Assembly: GCA_000934665.2 (NCBI GenBank)
Contig: KZ538095.1
Span: forward strand, 1 to 64,000
DNA: 64,000 bases
Direction: 5' to 3'
From: Catajapyx aquilonaris
Lineage: Eukaryota
Below are positions 25,669 to 38,700 of this stretch, in pieces (the stretch's first letter is position 1; the number at the start of each line of letters is the position of its first letter). A program made the position numbers and the translations under genes. The notes below the pieces were generated by a model. It was not told the DNA's origin. It did no database searches and saw only the letters and a program-made list of their open reading frames with translations.

Positions 25669-26614
25669 ATTAGACCAGCTGAGCTGCTGAGGTGGTCAAT
25701 CCTCATATGGTAGCTGACAGTATGAAATAAAACAGAGCATCATTTTGACCTGATGACAAAGAGCGGGGTGCCAGCTTATAATGGAATCGTCGGAGGACTG
25801 ACTCCAGACAGGAGATTGTCACCCTGCTGGGCCAACTGACAAGGAGAAAGTTTTGGGGAAGGCCCCTGCGGCAGCAGATGTTTGGCGTTTTGTATACCAG
25901 ATTTCCTGGGGATTCCGCTGAAATAACAAATCGTGACGGCGAGCAAAGTCACGCTTCTTATTCCAAGCCCGCGTTTAATTGCCTTCCTTTCAAACGGACA
26001 TCTTCATCACTCGTGCAGGTTCGAACGCCTATACATGAATTGCGGGACACTACAAGGGGTAGAAGAAATTCAATTCAGCTTCCTTTCAAACAGTAGCGTC
26101 ATTTTTTTCTGCACCTTTCGAGCCTTGCTTTTTACCGTCCTCTCGCATCATTTTACGATAAATCAAGCGAAAATGTACCGCCTTTCCCACCCCTTTGGAT
26201 GGGTTTTTTGGGGGGGAGGACCCCAAGGCCGAGAGTATGAAATATAATAGGTGGGTTAAAGGGTTAAATTGGCCTGGGGGATAAATGCGCGTTGATGAGT
26301 CGGCATTACCTGTTGGGGCGAAACGTTGCTTCTGGTCTTTCGGCTCTTGGAAATACGGCGTATGGTGGGATTTAGGGCAGGAGGGTCACATTAGTTGAGA
26401 GTATTATTTAAATGGGAGGTGTCGGTGCCTTCAAGTTCAGGAGTTATAATGGGCTGTGTGTCCAATCACGAATTGGTATCGGACAAGGTGGAGGTATGGT
26501 AATTCAGGGTAGTGGAAGTCAAATTTATATGACATTAGGCCCATAACTCGTTTCTGGTCTTCAGCCACTACATTTAGGAGCGAAGAAACGACACTTGTGG
26601 CATGGGACTACTTA

Positions 26615-26790
26615 GGGACCGTCCATAAAGTACGTCACGCAGATTTTCCGCGTCTTAACCCCTTACCCTATGTCACGCACAGTCACACTAAGCCAAACCC
26701 AACCTCAAACTCATATCTCCCCTCCAACAACAATCGAGTTTCTGAATCATTTGGAGAGGGGGTTACGTTGGTGACTCTTAATGGAAATAT
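26615..26790. mobile_element. Decayed MITE, copy 1, PIF/Harbinger- or Zator-like end
   Basis: TTA followed by GGGACCGTCCATAAAGTACGTCACGCAGATTTTCCGC, with internal TGTCAC/GTCACAC units. Homologous in inverted orientation to 31240-31409. The other end is degenerate and its position approximate. The superfamily call rests on the GGG start after TTA and is tentative. Confidence 0.6.
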
Positions 26791-27074
26791 TATTAATAAA
26801 AGCGCAGTATTTGTATAGAACAAAAATGTATGTATCCAATGAAAGTTTAAATATAATGAATGAGATAATTATTAATGTAAATGAATGAATAATTACTAAA
26901 TATAATACGAGTAACCGTACAATTACTATAATATAATAAAGTACCAATTATAGTAAAAGTATTAAAATGAAATTATAGACAAATAATGGAATTAAAAATA
27001 ATGTAATGTTGTGATGATAAATTGAAAAATAATTCGCTCGAAACTTTGAAACTATTAGAGTTTAAATATTTAAG

Positions 27075-27207
27075 AATTGGCATCGTGACGTCATGCAGGG
27101 TTGGACACCCGCCCCCCTCCCCCAATCTATGTCACGATCCGTCACACCGACACCAACTCCCCTATATCTCTGGCGGGCGTGACGGCTCATCTGGGAAGAA
27201 ACCCCCG
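27075..27207. mobile_element. Highly decayed copy 2 of the same MITE family
   Basis: GACGTCATGCAG...CCCCCTCCCC...CTATGTCACG..GTCACAC...TATCTC...GCGTGACG parallels 26630-26790. Boundaries are approximate. Confidence 0.4.
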
Positions 27208-30200
27208 CAGTTAATAAACCCCGAATGCATTTTGTCATCCTTGTCAGTTGTCGACTTTTGAGAGCCCCGTATAGGTAAAAGTTGTCCCTTCTGGTCTGAC
27301 AAAAGCGGCGGTGCGACTCGTGTCAGCTGTCACCTGCCGAGATGCATCTGAGTTTCATGCTGGTTGGGGGAGTCTCCGCCCAGCTGGAATAAGGCCTCAT
27401 CCGTCAATGTATTTTGACAAGAGGGCCAGGCTGGCATTTCTGCAAGTGTCAACATCCATCTTTTTTGAAGCGCCACGCCGCGCCGTAGGGCCAGACAAAT
27501 GCTGCTTGGTCATATTTCCAAGAGTGGAGGACACACACAAGTGGGCGGGAAAGGCGTTTGTTTTCAATGCTGCCAAGAGGGAGGAACAGTAGCCAATTAT
27601 TTGTCACGCAGGCCAACAGCAAAAGGGGCCTCGGGATCCTACCTCTTTTCATCCCGGGGGCCAGGGGGGAGATCTTTCACGCTACGAAGAGCATGGCATT
27701 GTAAACACGACCCTTTCGCAGCGTTTGCCCACCTTTGTGGGCCACTTCTTCATGGGGACTCATGCCTACCTACTTCCCAGGTTCATGCCCCCACTTCATT
27801 CATGGGGATAGCAACAGAGAGGGGGGGATAATGGGCTGATGACTTTGACTTTCTCAGGTATCAAGTGTGAGCATTGATTGCAGAGGAATCAGAGGATCAG
27901 GATTTTTACACAGGGAGCTGCGTGTTAAAAATAATTAGTCGAGTTGGAATAGTTCTGAAGGAACACGATTCTAACGAGGGATATACAATGTAAGACATGT
28001 CAGTGAAAAATATAATATAAAGTATGCTATTGTGCTCTACTGCTATTTCTGTACAACAGCTAGCCCTGAAGATTGTCATAAGTGATATTGTCTCCCACAT
28101 AAATTGTATTCCAAGATTAGAATTTGATTCACCTGCTGTTAGGGGGGGGGGGGGGAAATGATCATTATCAATGCTTGAGTTCTCAACCTAGTATATGTTA
28201 TTATTTTCAGTGCAATACAATCGTCGCGGATAATTGCCACTCTCATGATAATTAAAGTGAGGCTTGTAAAATAAAGATAATTGGTACGATAATTATATTA
28301 TTAATCGTGGGTTTTAGTGCCCTCTGTTCCTATTGATAGGGAGTGAAATCATTATCGAGCGGCGCATTTCATTGAGAACGCTACCTTGCGTAACGGATGA
28401 GAATAATCAGTTATCCATCGCAGGTTTTATTATCAATAATGGGCAACTGTGCGTGTCCATTTGAACAGCAAGGTATAAGAGAAGAGGGGGAACTCTTCCC
28501 ATTATTTTTTGTGTATTCCTGCGGCTATGCCTGTTTTTCTCTCACCAAAAATTTTGCTGGATTTTTTTCTTCTTCCAGAGCTGTCGGCATTTTGAGAGGG
28601 AAATGACGGGGACAGTTTATGGATTCAAACACTCCCGTGACAAATTGAAGATTGAAGGCCGGATGTCCAGGGATTTTCCGCTCAGCCGTGAAAAATGGAT
28701 TTTTGGGAAGAATCAGCTGTTCCAGGAAAGGTAGGACAACCTTGCTATTTTTTTCCATGAAAATAAAAATAAACGATACGTATCATATACAGTGGGTGCC
28801 ATAAGGCCATAAGGGACATGCATCACCAGACTCTGCGGAAGGATGATGCTTTTGCCGGAAAAGTTACACATTTATAACTGCCTACGGTTATGTATGCTAC
28901 ATCCGCGATAGGATGGATCGCGAATGTGTCGAAATTGGCGAGACGAATCTAACTAACTGTGTTTATCAGCATGAATCCGCCGGATGACTTTTGCAAGTTT
29001 TGCGAGCGTGACATGAGCTGGATGAAAATACATACCCGGAGTCTCACATTATATGCTTCAGGTCACTGGGCCCGTTTTTTAACGCCCTTTTTTCTCATTT
29101 TTTTGGGTGGTGTTGGAGGCGTCGGCACCTTTCAAAAAGAAGCTAAGTATAGATACACAGGACAGGATAGCGAACAATACGGTTACCCTCAACTCATTAA
29201 CGCCTTTACGCACCGTCTGAGTATTATTTATGACGGAAGCTTTGTTATAATAAACAACCTAGCTTCTGTGCTGTTGTATATTTAGATCCGCAAAAATATC
29301 AGCCAAAATGATTTCCTTTTGAGCAAATTGATGCACCAGTGGTTAATATAATGCCATGGGCGAGTCCACCCACAAGCAATAAAAAAGCCCATTGTTTCCA
29401 TGCGGCCCCATCAATAATGTTTTCCTCTTTCCGCCCGAGCAGATACATTGTGTCGCATGGGAAGTGTGCGGTAACAGCTACCAAAGGAATGTGACTTTTT
29501 TAAAAGTGCATAAAGGTTGGGGCACCCTGGGAAAACCTGCTCGTCCCATGTGCTGATCCATTTTCCACCCTCACATACATTAGGCGGTATCAATCGAGCA
29601 AGGATATTCACGCCCCCAGGTGGAAATGAGACACTGCTAATGGGACATGGGTGGCAGGATATGTCAGCCTTTCACTTGCTTTTATTTACAGTTTGTACTT
29701 CCTTTTAGGAATCCAAAAATAACAACAAAAATATATACAGTTTTTCTCCAAAAAAACCATTTGGTCATGGGACACCCTTGGAATTTTTTGAGGGTGAACT
29801 TCCCTTGCTGATATTGCCTTCAAAGTCACCCCCAAAAAGCTGACCACCCCGAGAGCTAGCTATCCGATCTCCTGTTTTACCCCACCCTGAGCTGAATGGT
29901 GAGAGACAAGTCTAGTGGACCCCCCAATTTTCGTGCCATCAGTCCTTTATGAGTCCCAGACACTCCCCAAAAATGGCGAAAATCCAGGAAAAACCCCCTC
30001 CGGAAAGGTTGAGGGGGGGCTTCCTTGTCCAAAGATGCACCCTGCTGAAAGGGGCCAATGGTTTGGGCTCCTTGTCCTCTTGTGAACTTTTGGGGGGGAC
30101 TCTAAATCAGTCTGAGGCCGGACGTTCTCCTGATTATTTCTCAGACCTGAGACGCCACCATTGCTCCTTCTTTTTCTTGATGGCCATGTCCGCTATGAAA

Positions 30201-31218
30201 TATCGGTTTATTGCAGACCCGACCCTGAGGAATGTTGTCCTGGAACATTCTTGGTTTTAGGAAAGAGAAAAGAGAGGTCTTCGAATGAGAACAAAAAGAG
30301 GGCCTTTGAAGCTTCATAACTTATTATTTGTGGGGTGGTGTCCGAGATCACACACTTGGATGAAGGGGATGATTTTCTCGGCCGGAAGATTCATTAAATG
30401 GAAATTTGGGCGCAATATCTTCTGCCCTACGCTTTTTCCGCTTTCATGTTCGCCCATTTGAAATTTGCTGCTGGGGAAAAAGAGGGGGCGAAATTTTCCT
30501 CATTGCGGACTTTTGACTTTTCCAGCAGGATTGTCCACAAGCTCAATCGAGACAATTTTGATCCAGCTGAAAGAAGGTGAGACTCGAAATTTGGATCAAA
30601 TCGGCAAGAAATTTTGACTTGCGCAGAAATTGGCCAATTGCATGACAGCGCTCGGTTTGCGTTGGTGTGAGATTTTTTCTCAATTTTTTTCCAATCTATA
30701 GCTTATTAGTTCATAAACATTTGTCGATTGTCGACTTCATGTAGTGAGCATTGTAAAAATCTGAAAACCTTTCAACATATTTGTCCATCAGAAACATGAC
30801 CATTTATCCGTTATTTTAGAAGGACCCATTAAGAACGACAAGGTGGAGAAAGAAACCTCCCCCCTCCTTTCCCTTTCCCACCCACCCCTCAACTCCCCAC
30901 TAAAAAAACAGAGGCAGGAAATGTGGGCCTAGATGAAGGCGACAAGTCCAGTCGTCTCCTAGGTTGAGGAAAGGCAGTAAATAAGGTGTTGGGGGGTAAA
31001 AGGACAGTTATGGCTTTATGGTAGGACGTCTTTTCCATGGACTTTTTCTAACAAGGGAAGCAGCTAGGCCTAGATCATTTGTATGTCGCCAGTCCTCGGA
31101 AGCGAGCATCTGGGTTGCGACACTCCTCCAACACCACTGATGACAAAAGCCAAACTTCCAGGAATTTTAATTGACGCTCTTGTTTTCTGGATCCCGATCA
31201 GGAGGACTTGCCACATTA

Positions 31219-31409
31219 GGGCGTCCTGCCATAAAGGACTAGCTGTTAGGGAGATGGGGGGTCGAGGTTGAAGTGACAGAGTGTGACATAAGGATCTGTA
31301 TGACGTCACAGGAGCATTGTGTTAGAATAATGAGGTGTGTGTGTGTGACATGCAGGGGTGGTTCTAAAAGGCGGAAAATCTACTTGTCGTTCTTTTATGG
31401 ATGGTCCCC
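31219..31409. mobile_element. Decayed copy 3 of the same MITE family, opposite orientation to copy 1
   Basis: Right end GCGGAAAATCTACTTGTCGTTCTTTTATGGATGGTCCCC matches the reverse complement of 26615-26652 (GCGGAAAATCTGCGTGACGTACTTTATGGACGGTCCC). 31240-31293 matches 26666-26731 inverted. No intact TSD. Confidence 0.6.
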
Positions 31410-34400
31410 TGGTGCAATACTTTCGGAGCCTGTGCCGGGTACAAAAAAAAAGTTGATTAACATGTGAACCGTGCTGAAAGAGGGTATTTAGGAATAGGCG
31501 ATTTTTATTCCCGCCACTGCTAATGGTTCGAGAGAGCGTACCAAACAACAAAGGCAGTGATCGATACATTTCGTTAGTTATTGAAGTTTGGCTTGATCCA
31601 AACAATCGGCTGTCGCTCCATGCCGATGTAACCCGTTAGGCGGCCTTTGCAAAGGACTCAATTATTCAACCCGCGTTTACTCTATGAACTATTTAGACCT
31701 CAGCAGAGGGCAAGCTCAGCCGCCGGAACTTGCCAATCACCCATCACCATCACAGTGGCATTGCAGCCAGGAAGAAAATTACCAGCAATTCATGTCAACC
31801 GATTGGTCTCATTTTACCAGCGCATGCTACGGGAAATTTTTTTTTATCCAGTCTAATTTTGCAATATAACAATACACAATGCCTATAAACAATTTTTAGC
31901 AAAAAAATTTATTTCGGACATGCATGTGCATCAAGGACACATGTTTTCCCATGCATACTTATAATTTTGTCTATCCCTGCAGGAAATTATCATCCGGATC
32001 CGTCCTTTCGCACGATTTTTTTTTTCTGCGGAAAAAAGAGACGCAATCATGCGTGATCGGTGCTCCTGGGCTTTTGTCGCGATTAATTGGCGGCGCGACC
32101 CCTCCCCTTTTCCAATTCCCGTCTCCGATTGTTCAGGAATGCAAATTCGGTCGACTTGGCCCACCCCCTACACCGAACATGTCTGATATGTGTCCTGTAT
32201 GCGCTACAAAATTTCACTCGTGGAGAGTATAGGTAAGGGGTCGAATAAAGGGGTCACAAAAAAGAGGGAATCAACAACCCGGAAGAAAAAAGACTTTGAA
32301 CTGGCATAAGCTCGCATCACGTCGTGTCGAGATGGGCAGGAAAAGGCTAATGGAGCGTGGCAGAGAGTGTCGAAGAACTAAGTCTACTGGGGTTGGCTCG
32401 CGTGCTGGCTGCAAATGGTGCAAGGGGACCTCGCACGCCAACATACGTGCTTCTTTCCTGACCAATTTTCTCCTCCGTCTATCGGAAATTGGCCGTGTGA
32501 CGTCACGTTGCGACTACACCTGGAATTTGCCTACTGGCCGGATTTAGTCAACATGTCCGAGGAAGGAACCCCCCCACCCTTCCCACTACTGTTTGCATGG
32601 GTCTAATAGGGAAGAAAAGGACAAGGGTTGGGTGGAATGGCTAAGGAACCAGGAGGAAAAGGGATTTTGCTAATGAAGGTCCAGTCAGCAAACAAACATT
32701 CCTTGGATTAAAACACTGTCCACTCAACTAGCTTCAATTTCCTGGACACTGAGCACCTCAGGATAGCCATGTACGGTGCTGGATATGAATCGCTCCATGT
32801 AAAAGCGATTTAAAGTACATGGAAGCTTTCTTAACACCGCTGGAATTAAAACCGGCCGTGAAGCGATCTGTCCACAAAGGTGTCACCAGAATGGACCCCA
32901 CTCTGGGGACGTGTATTTTTTTGTTGTCCTCCTCCCCCTTTTTAACTCTCCTGCTGGCTGCCGGTGTAGCAGAGAGTTGGATTGGTGTTGCCAATCAGCA
33001 GTAGGTGGAACGAGTGGAAAAGGGCCTGGTGCATGCGGCGAGGGCAGCCATGGCAAGGGTCAAGCATGGCGCTGAATCATGGGTGGGCGGACAGAGCGTA
33101 ACCGCCGCTGTCAGTCGACAATCGAAGCCCGAATTGTTCCAGTTTGTTCGGAGCCATAGGGCCAGAACGAGGCTGCGAAATGCAAGCCTGGGGCCCTTGC
33201 CTGCTTATTTATTGCACTTGTGCACTGCGGCTATGTCCCCCCACCCTCCCCCCAACCCCTCTCTGTACCACCTCTCTCTCTCCCTAACTTCTGGGGCAAT
33301 GAACCGTGGCCCGGTCGGGAGAAGAATTGGCTAGGTGCGATTATTTGTGGCGCTTGTGATTGCCTGCCATTCGTCTCCGCAGCCTGCGGTCACCACGCCT
33401 GCAGCTCTTCCTACGACTACATATACTGTCGCCTGGGTTTTACCGTGGGGGTGGGGTCGCTACACTGTTTCGATGCCATATCACAAGTGGCACGGTCCAG
33501 ATTAGAAAAGGGGCAGTGGTCCACAATTTGGACATATGCTGGACATTTAGTGTGAAAATTGTCTTTTTTTATGTGTGTAAGATACTGATGGAACAGGCCA
33601 GATTGGCTGGAGGGGGAAAAAACTAACGGGATAAGAATATGAGTTTCGCGATTGCATTCCAGGGTGTTAGTTGGCAATAACGTCGGGACCCGGAGGACGA
33701 AGGGAAAACCTTCGAGGAATGAAATCGACGGAGTTGGGATTCCTGGGGAAACGGAGGTGGTTGGGAGGACTGGGGGGAGGGTTTAAAAGGAAAGGCACTA
33801 AGAGGCAAGTGTGGCCAACCACACTCTACTTACTTTTCTCCGCCTTGATTAGCTTCTGTTCCAACATCTCACTCCCTTGCCTGTTGCCTGTTGCCCTCCC
33901 CTGACGAAACATAAGCCCAAAAGTTGCCCAAAATTTATTTCATCCATGTGGAGCAGCTGGAATTTTCTCGGGGGAGAAACCTCGGATATTTTTACCCGGA
34001 AGTGCAAAACTAGGGTCAGTTGGGCATTGATTTAAGGTGGCTTCCGGGGGGTAGGGCAGCTAGGGGTCCAAATTGGCCAGGGGCAGAGATGATGGAAAGG
34101 GCAAGCAGCTAGGCGAGGACTGAGATGTGTCCCGGATAGATGCGCTTATTATAGCAGCCCGCACAAGGACCCCTCTTCCAAATCTACATCCAGTAGATCC
34201 AGGCTGACAGACGAGAGAAAGGACCACATGGTCCTTCTGACTCTGGGCGGTCCTGAGGATAACCATCTCTTGGTCGCACGTGGTTCCACATCACGTCTTG
34301 CTTGCAAGCAGCTGAAAAAGATTGTCTTTGTTGCCCTGTTTTGTGTGCTAAAAGTGATGCAAATATGTGGGTGGTTCATAACTAGCTGGTTTATTTTGGG

Positions 34401-35617
34401 TGTGGAAACTATGTGTGCAGTCCAAGTTAGGGAAGGTCGTGCCTTTATGTTCAAGTATGAAACATTTTGAAACATAGTCCCAGTTGAGCCCCCCAATAAG
34501 TAAGCCGAAGCATGTAGCAGGTAGCCAGCAGCGTAGAAGAGAGCATCAGCAGGCCTATGTTCCTTGTGCTGGCCGAGGCCTGCACCTTGATTCAATTAGG
34601 CGGGTGGGCTTCTTGTTTGGTTTTCTGCTCTGCGATCGGGGGGAGGAAGGGTGAGGGGGAGGGGGTCTGGACACAGCGGTCCCAACTGCCCTTCGTCCAT
34701 ACCAAACGGCCCCAGTTAGCCCAAGGCACGAACCCTGGGGCCCTGCCTAGTTAGGCCTGCCCACACTCCACGCATTCTGGACGGATTCGCCTCAGGATTA
34801 ACGTCCAAGGAAACTTCCAGATATATTACAGACGCGGGGTGCCCTTTTGCTCGTAAAGAATTTTAATTTCATTTCCAGGGCGCGCCACTAGGCCGCACGC
34901 AGGCGCAGGTTAATAGGCGGCCCTGACTGACAGGGGTCGCCAATAGTCGGCGCGTGTCGGTAACACTGGGCGGCGCCCAATAAGCGCCACCCGGCATAGG
35001 GGGAGCAGACTCCGGAGACACCTGCGGTGCCCCTGCTGCCCCAGCCATCGCTACAATATTGATAATTCCATCAGTAGGAGGGCTGCTCATTTGATTAGGG
35101 TCAACCCCCGCTGGGAATCGGTAGGGATGGGGAATTTGCAACCCCGGGATAGATTCTGGTTGATGAAAGATTGGGGCCATCCTTGATGCTTACTGATGCT
35201 CTCAGAGGCGGACCCCCTGCCTGGGAATACCCGAGATCGATGCACTCAGCAAATATGTGAGGAAAGTAATTGACAAGCTGCAAATGGGGATTGGAGAAAC
35301 TTTGGGAGGGCTCCGGGCATTATTGCCTCAAGAAACGGAAATGAGTATACAAATAGGGCATCTTCCAGGATTTGGTAGGTTTCGGTCCGAAGCCCAAATG
35401 GAAGTTGATGGCTAGGAGGGTTCTGCCACATTTCAAACTGGGGGAGGGGGACTATCCTAAAACGTCACCTGCCCGCCGGGGGGTGCTCCAAAACGGCGCC
35501 ACTGGGCCCTGCTGGAGGGTGTGGGGGGGAAAAAGACCTCTGGGTTAGGTCAGGGAAGTCATGGAAATCGTCACTCTCAAGTGTGGCCGCCTGACAGCTG
35601 GACAAAGGAGGATCTGG

Positions 35618-35702
35618 CCAATCAGCCTGATCGGATCCACCCTTTTAGCCAATCAGGGTGGTCCTTCCAGCCTCCTACGGCAAGAATTGGCCTGCTATAA
35701 AT
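35618..35702 (+). promoter_or_regulatory. Candidate Pol II core promoter: two CCAAT boxes, an inverted CCAAT and a TATA box
   Basis: GCCAATCAG with CCAAT at 35618 and 35649 (31 bp apart, a typical NF-Y spacing), ATTGG at 35686, TATAAAT at 35696-35702. A GC/CpG-rich block lies upstream at about 34880-35050. Confidence 0.45.
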
Positions 35703-38700
35703 CCGTGCTTGTTTTCTCTCAATGAACAGGACCGTTATGAGAGGTTGCGAGAAACTGCGGAGCGCTTCTCCTAGATAATTCATGACATAACGTGAGGGCT
35801 TGAAAATTTAGTCATATTTCTATTTTTCGGTGCGAGTCCACAGAGCCAATGAGGGTGACCCTTCCAGACTGGTTTTTGGCAAAATGCAGATTGGATCGCG
35901 GGGCCGTCGGTGGCTATATACTACAGACAAGAGGACAGTCTATCAGGAACCGTCTATGTAAATTCCAGATCCAGTTGATGAAGGTTTGGCAAAGAGGACG
36001 AAAGCCACCTTCCACAAACGTCAGAGGAACCGCACGGACTTCCCCCTGCCAGCTCTAATTTCGTATAAATGATTAATCGACCATTTTGTGTAATTTATAA
36101 GGATGTCGCAGCAGGTTCGGCAGGAGGAAAGGTTCATTAAGTGACACGCCGTTTCCGTCAGCCGCCGTCGCTTCTGATGTTTCATTAGTTTCGCCATGCG
36201 AGCGGATTGATTCTATGGTAATTCTTGTTGTCCAAATCCGTCGCCATGCTTCATTGAAGTGGGGGGTCACATTCAAGGCCCCCCAATAAAGGTGCAGGAG
36301 GAGTAAAGGAGGAGTCACCCAGTCTATAGACTATATAGTAGGTGAATTATTTGGACCGGATCCGGATGTCAGTTTTTGAGGGTGCGGGCCCCCGTATTAC
36401 TGACACGGCCAAGGATGAGACAGCATGCGGAAATGAAAACAGGATTTATACTTTAAAAATAGAGGGGGTGAGGGAAGCAAAATATTTATCTTGGTGCGGT
36501 CTAACACCCATCGTCCCCCCCTATTTTCTCCTGCACCCACCACCACCTCTGCCCCCGTCCCTTTCTGGCCATCAGTGTGGGTAACCATCAATAGAGGCGA
36601 CGGGTCGATAACCATCGGACGATTCGAGACAAAGCCTACCGATGCATATCAGGAGCTCTTAAGACGTGTGCCGAAAGGAAGAGGATATACGTGTGTGAGG
36701 TTGTATGGACGCAAACTACCCCGAGGCTAATTCCCTTGTAATGATATTTATTGGGCACGATTTAATTAGGAACGAGGTCACATAGAAACTTACATATTGT
36801 TTAAGAAAACCTTGAGGAAAAAAAGGGCATGTGGCATTTTGCTCAATATGGTCACTGTTCAAGTGAAGGTCGTGATGGGACCATATGCTTTGGATGACCA
36901 AACTAATATTCATGAGGGTTGTGAATAGTGAATGGAACAATGCATAGGCATATTTGCACAACAAAACAAGCTATGAACCACTTCATTTTGTAGATTATTG
37001 AAATTGCCAATATCCTGTAGCTTATATTGTTAACAACCTGGACTGGTTTTTGTAGTGTCTCAAATTAATTTTATAAATAAATTGAGCACGTTTCGCATAA
37101 TCCAATTAAGTATCACATCGCATAAAACAACATGTGGTGTTGTGGAATGAGCCTGTAATTGCTAGGTAAGCTCATGTCTCGTTAGTACCACGTCGCTTGT
37201 GTCATCCTGACACCCTGTACTTTGTCTCCGTGTTAAACAGGACATTTACATTAGATCGCAGCGAATTCCTCCCGTCTGTACACTCGACAAGGAACAAGTG
37301 ACAAGCCGACTGTTTTCTGGAAAGTAAAAGTAAAGGTGTATGTTTAGGTCGAGAAGCATGAGAGTGGGGGAGGGATAAGTGTGAGGGGAGTAAGGGAGGG
37401 ATATGTAGGGCTGCTGGGGAGGGAGGGATGCCCAAGTACGTGAGGCGTGAGTTTGGCAGCCTTCCTAATGGGACCCAAAAACCTCGCCAAGCAGGAGAGA
37501 GGACAGTGTCAAAGTCACTTTTTGTGTTGTGTGTTTGTGTGTGGCTGTGTAGAGTGTGTGTCTGGCTGTGTGTAGGGTGCATCCCTCCCACCCCTAGCAG
37601 TAGAAGCAGCAGACCCCTGTCTGCTGATGGAGACACTGACAGGGGTTAACTCCCTCGGCGTTAATGACTGGAAGGTCACACACCTCTTGTCTACCCAATT
37701 TGCTGCCTATACCACACTTGATTTTTCAAATTGCAGGGAGCTTGCAGGTATTCCCTTGACGGGATAGTGTATAGTACACCCCGGAATCTCAACCATCAGA
37801 TTACAGGGGGGAGGCCATGTTTCCTCCCCGCGAAACGAGACTTGCAAATGAGGAGTTATTCCAGGGGCTTAGATGCACACTGCAGGTAACCAAAGCGGAG
37901 CAAAGCAGGCTTTATGGGTTCATTCCCCCGTCTTGCAGAACCCCAGAAAGCGAATTTTTCCGGAGCAGGAACCCCGAACCACCCCCCAAACTCAGATAAC
38001 GTTGTCTATGCCAGAAAAAAAAGCTGCATCTGCAATGTACTTTATCGTCCAGTAAGATTTGCATCGTACCGAATTTAGCAAGGAAACAAGTTTATCGTAT
38101 TTAAAAAATACGGTTAAAATTTATAATCTCAAGTTCACATGCCATTGAGCGGCCATCTTGGATTGGAACAATACACGAATCCTACAATTTGGAACATTTG
38201 GACCACATTTTGGGTCGCTTTTATTGGACTTGTTCCTAATCACTCTACAGTGGTCCAAATGTTGTGATTGTCCCAGCATTTTGTGTCAATGGAAAACAGG
38301 CCTTAAGCGACAAAATTTCTCCACCATATTGTCCTAAGGGGACGGCTGTCGTGTCGGGAACAAAAGTAGGGGGGACGGTGGGACATAAAGAGAAGGGACA
38401 TGGGGATGAAGATTCTCTGGCCCCTCGTGGGACGGCCCCTCACTTCTGCCCCCCTCATTTCCATTTCACGCTCTGCTAGCATGTGACAAGAGAGACCCCT
38501 CTCGGGAAGTTAGCTGGCCTCAAAGGGTTAGCAAGAACAGGAGGAAACGATACAGATGGTCTCTACTCCAGCGTGGCAAAAATGGGGGCATGCCGCGAAT
38601 TTCTAGATTCGTTATGTATAGTCCCAGACACCTAATGGAGAAAGATGGCCGGTGTCCTTCGAGGTCATTGCTTGACAACCAGAGACAATGGACGCCTTTG

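Noticed and set aside
26780..27070. Very AT-rich block as a functional element
   Set aside because: It is low-complexity sequence with no clear periodicity or diagnostic motif.
38165..38275. Inverted repeat AACATTTGGACCAC / GTGGTCCAAATGTT
   Set aside because: The 14-bp inverted repeat is real, but it has no definable termini or TSD. It is probably an old MITE fragment and too weak to annotate.
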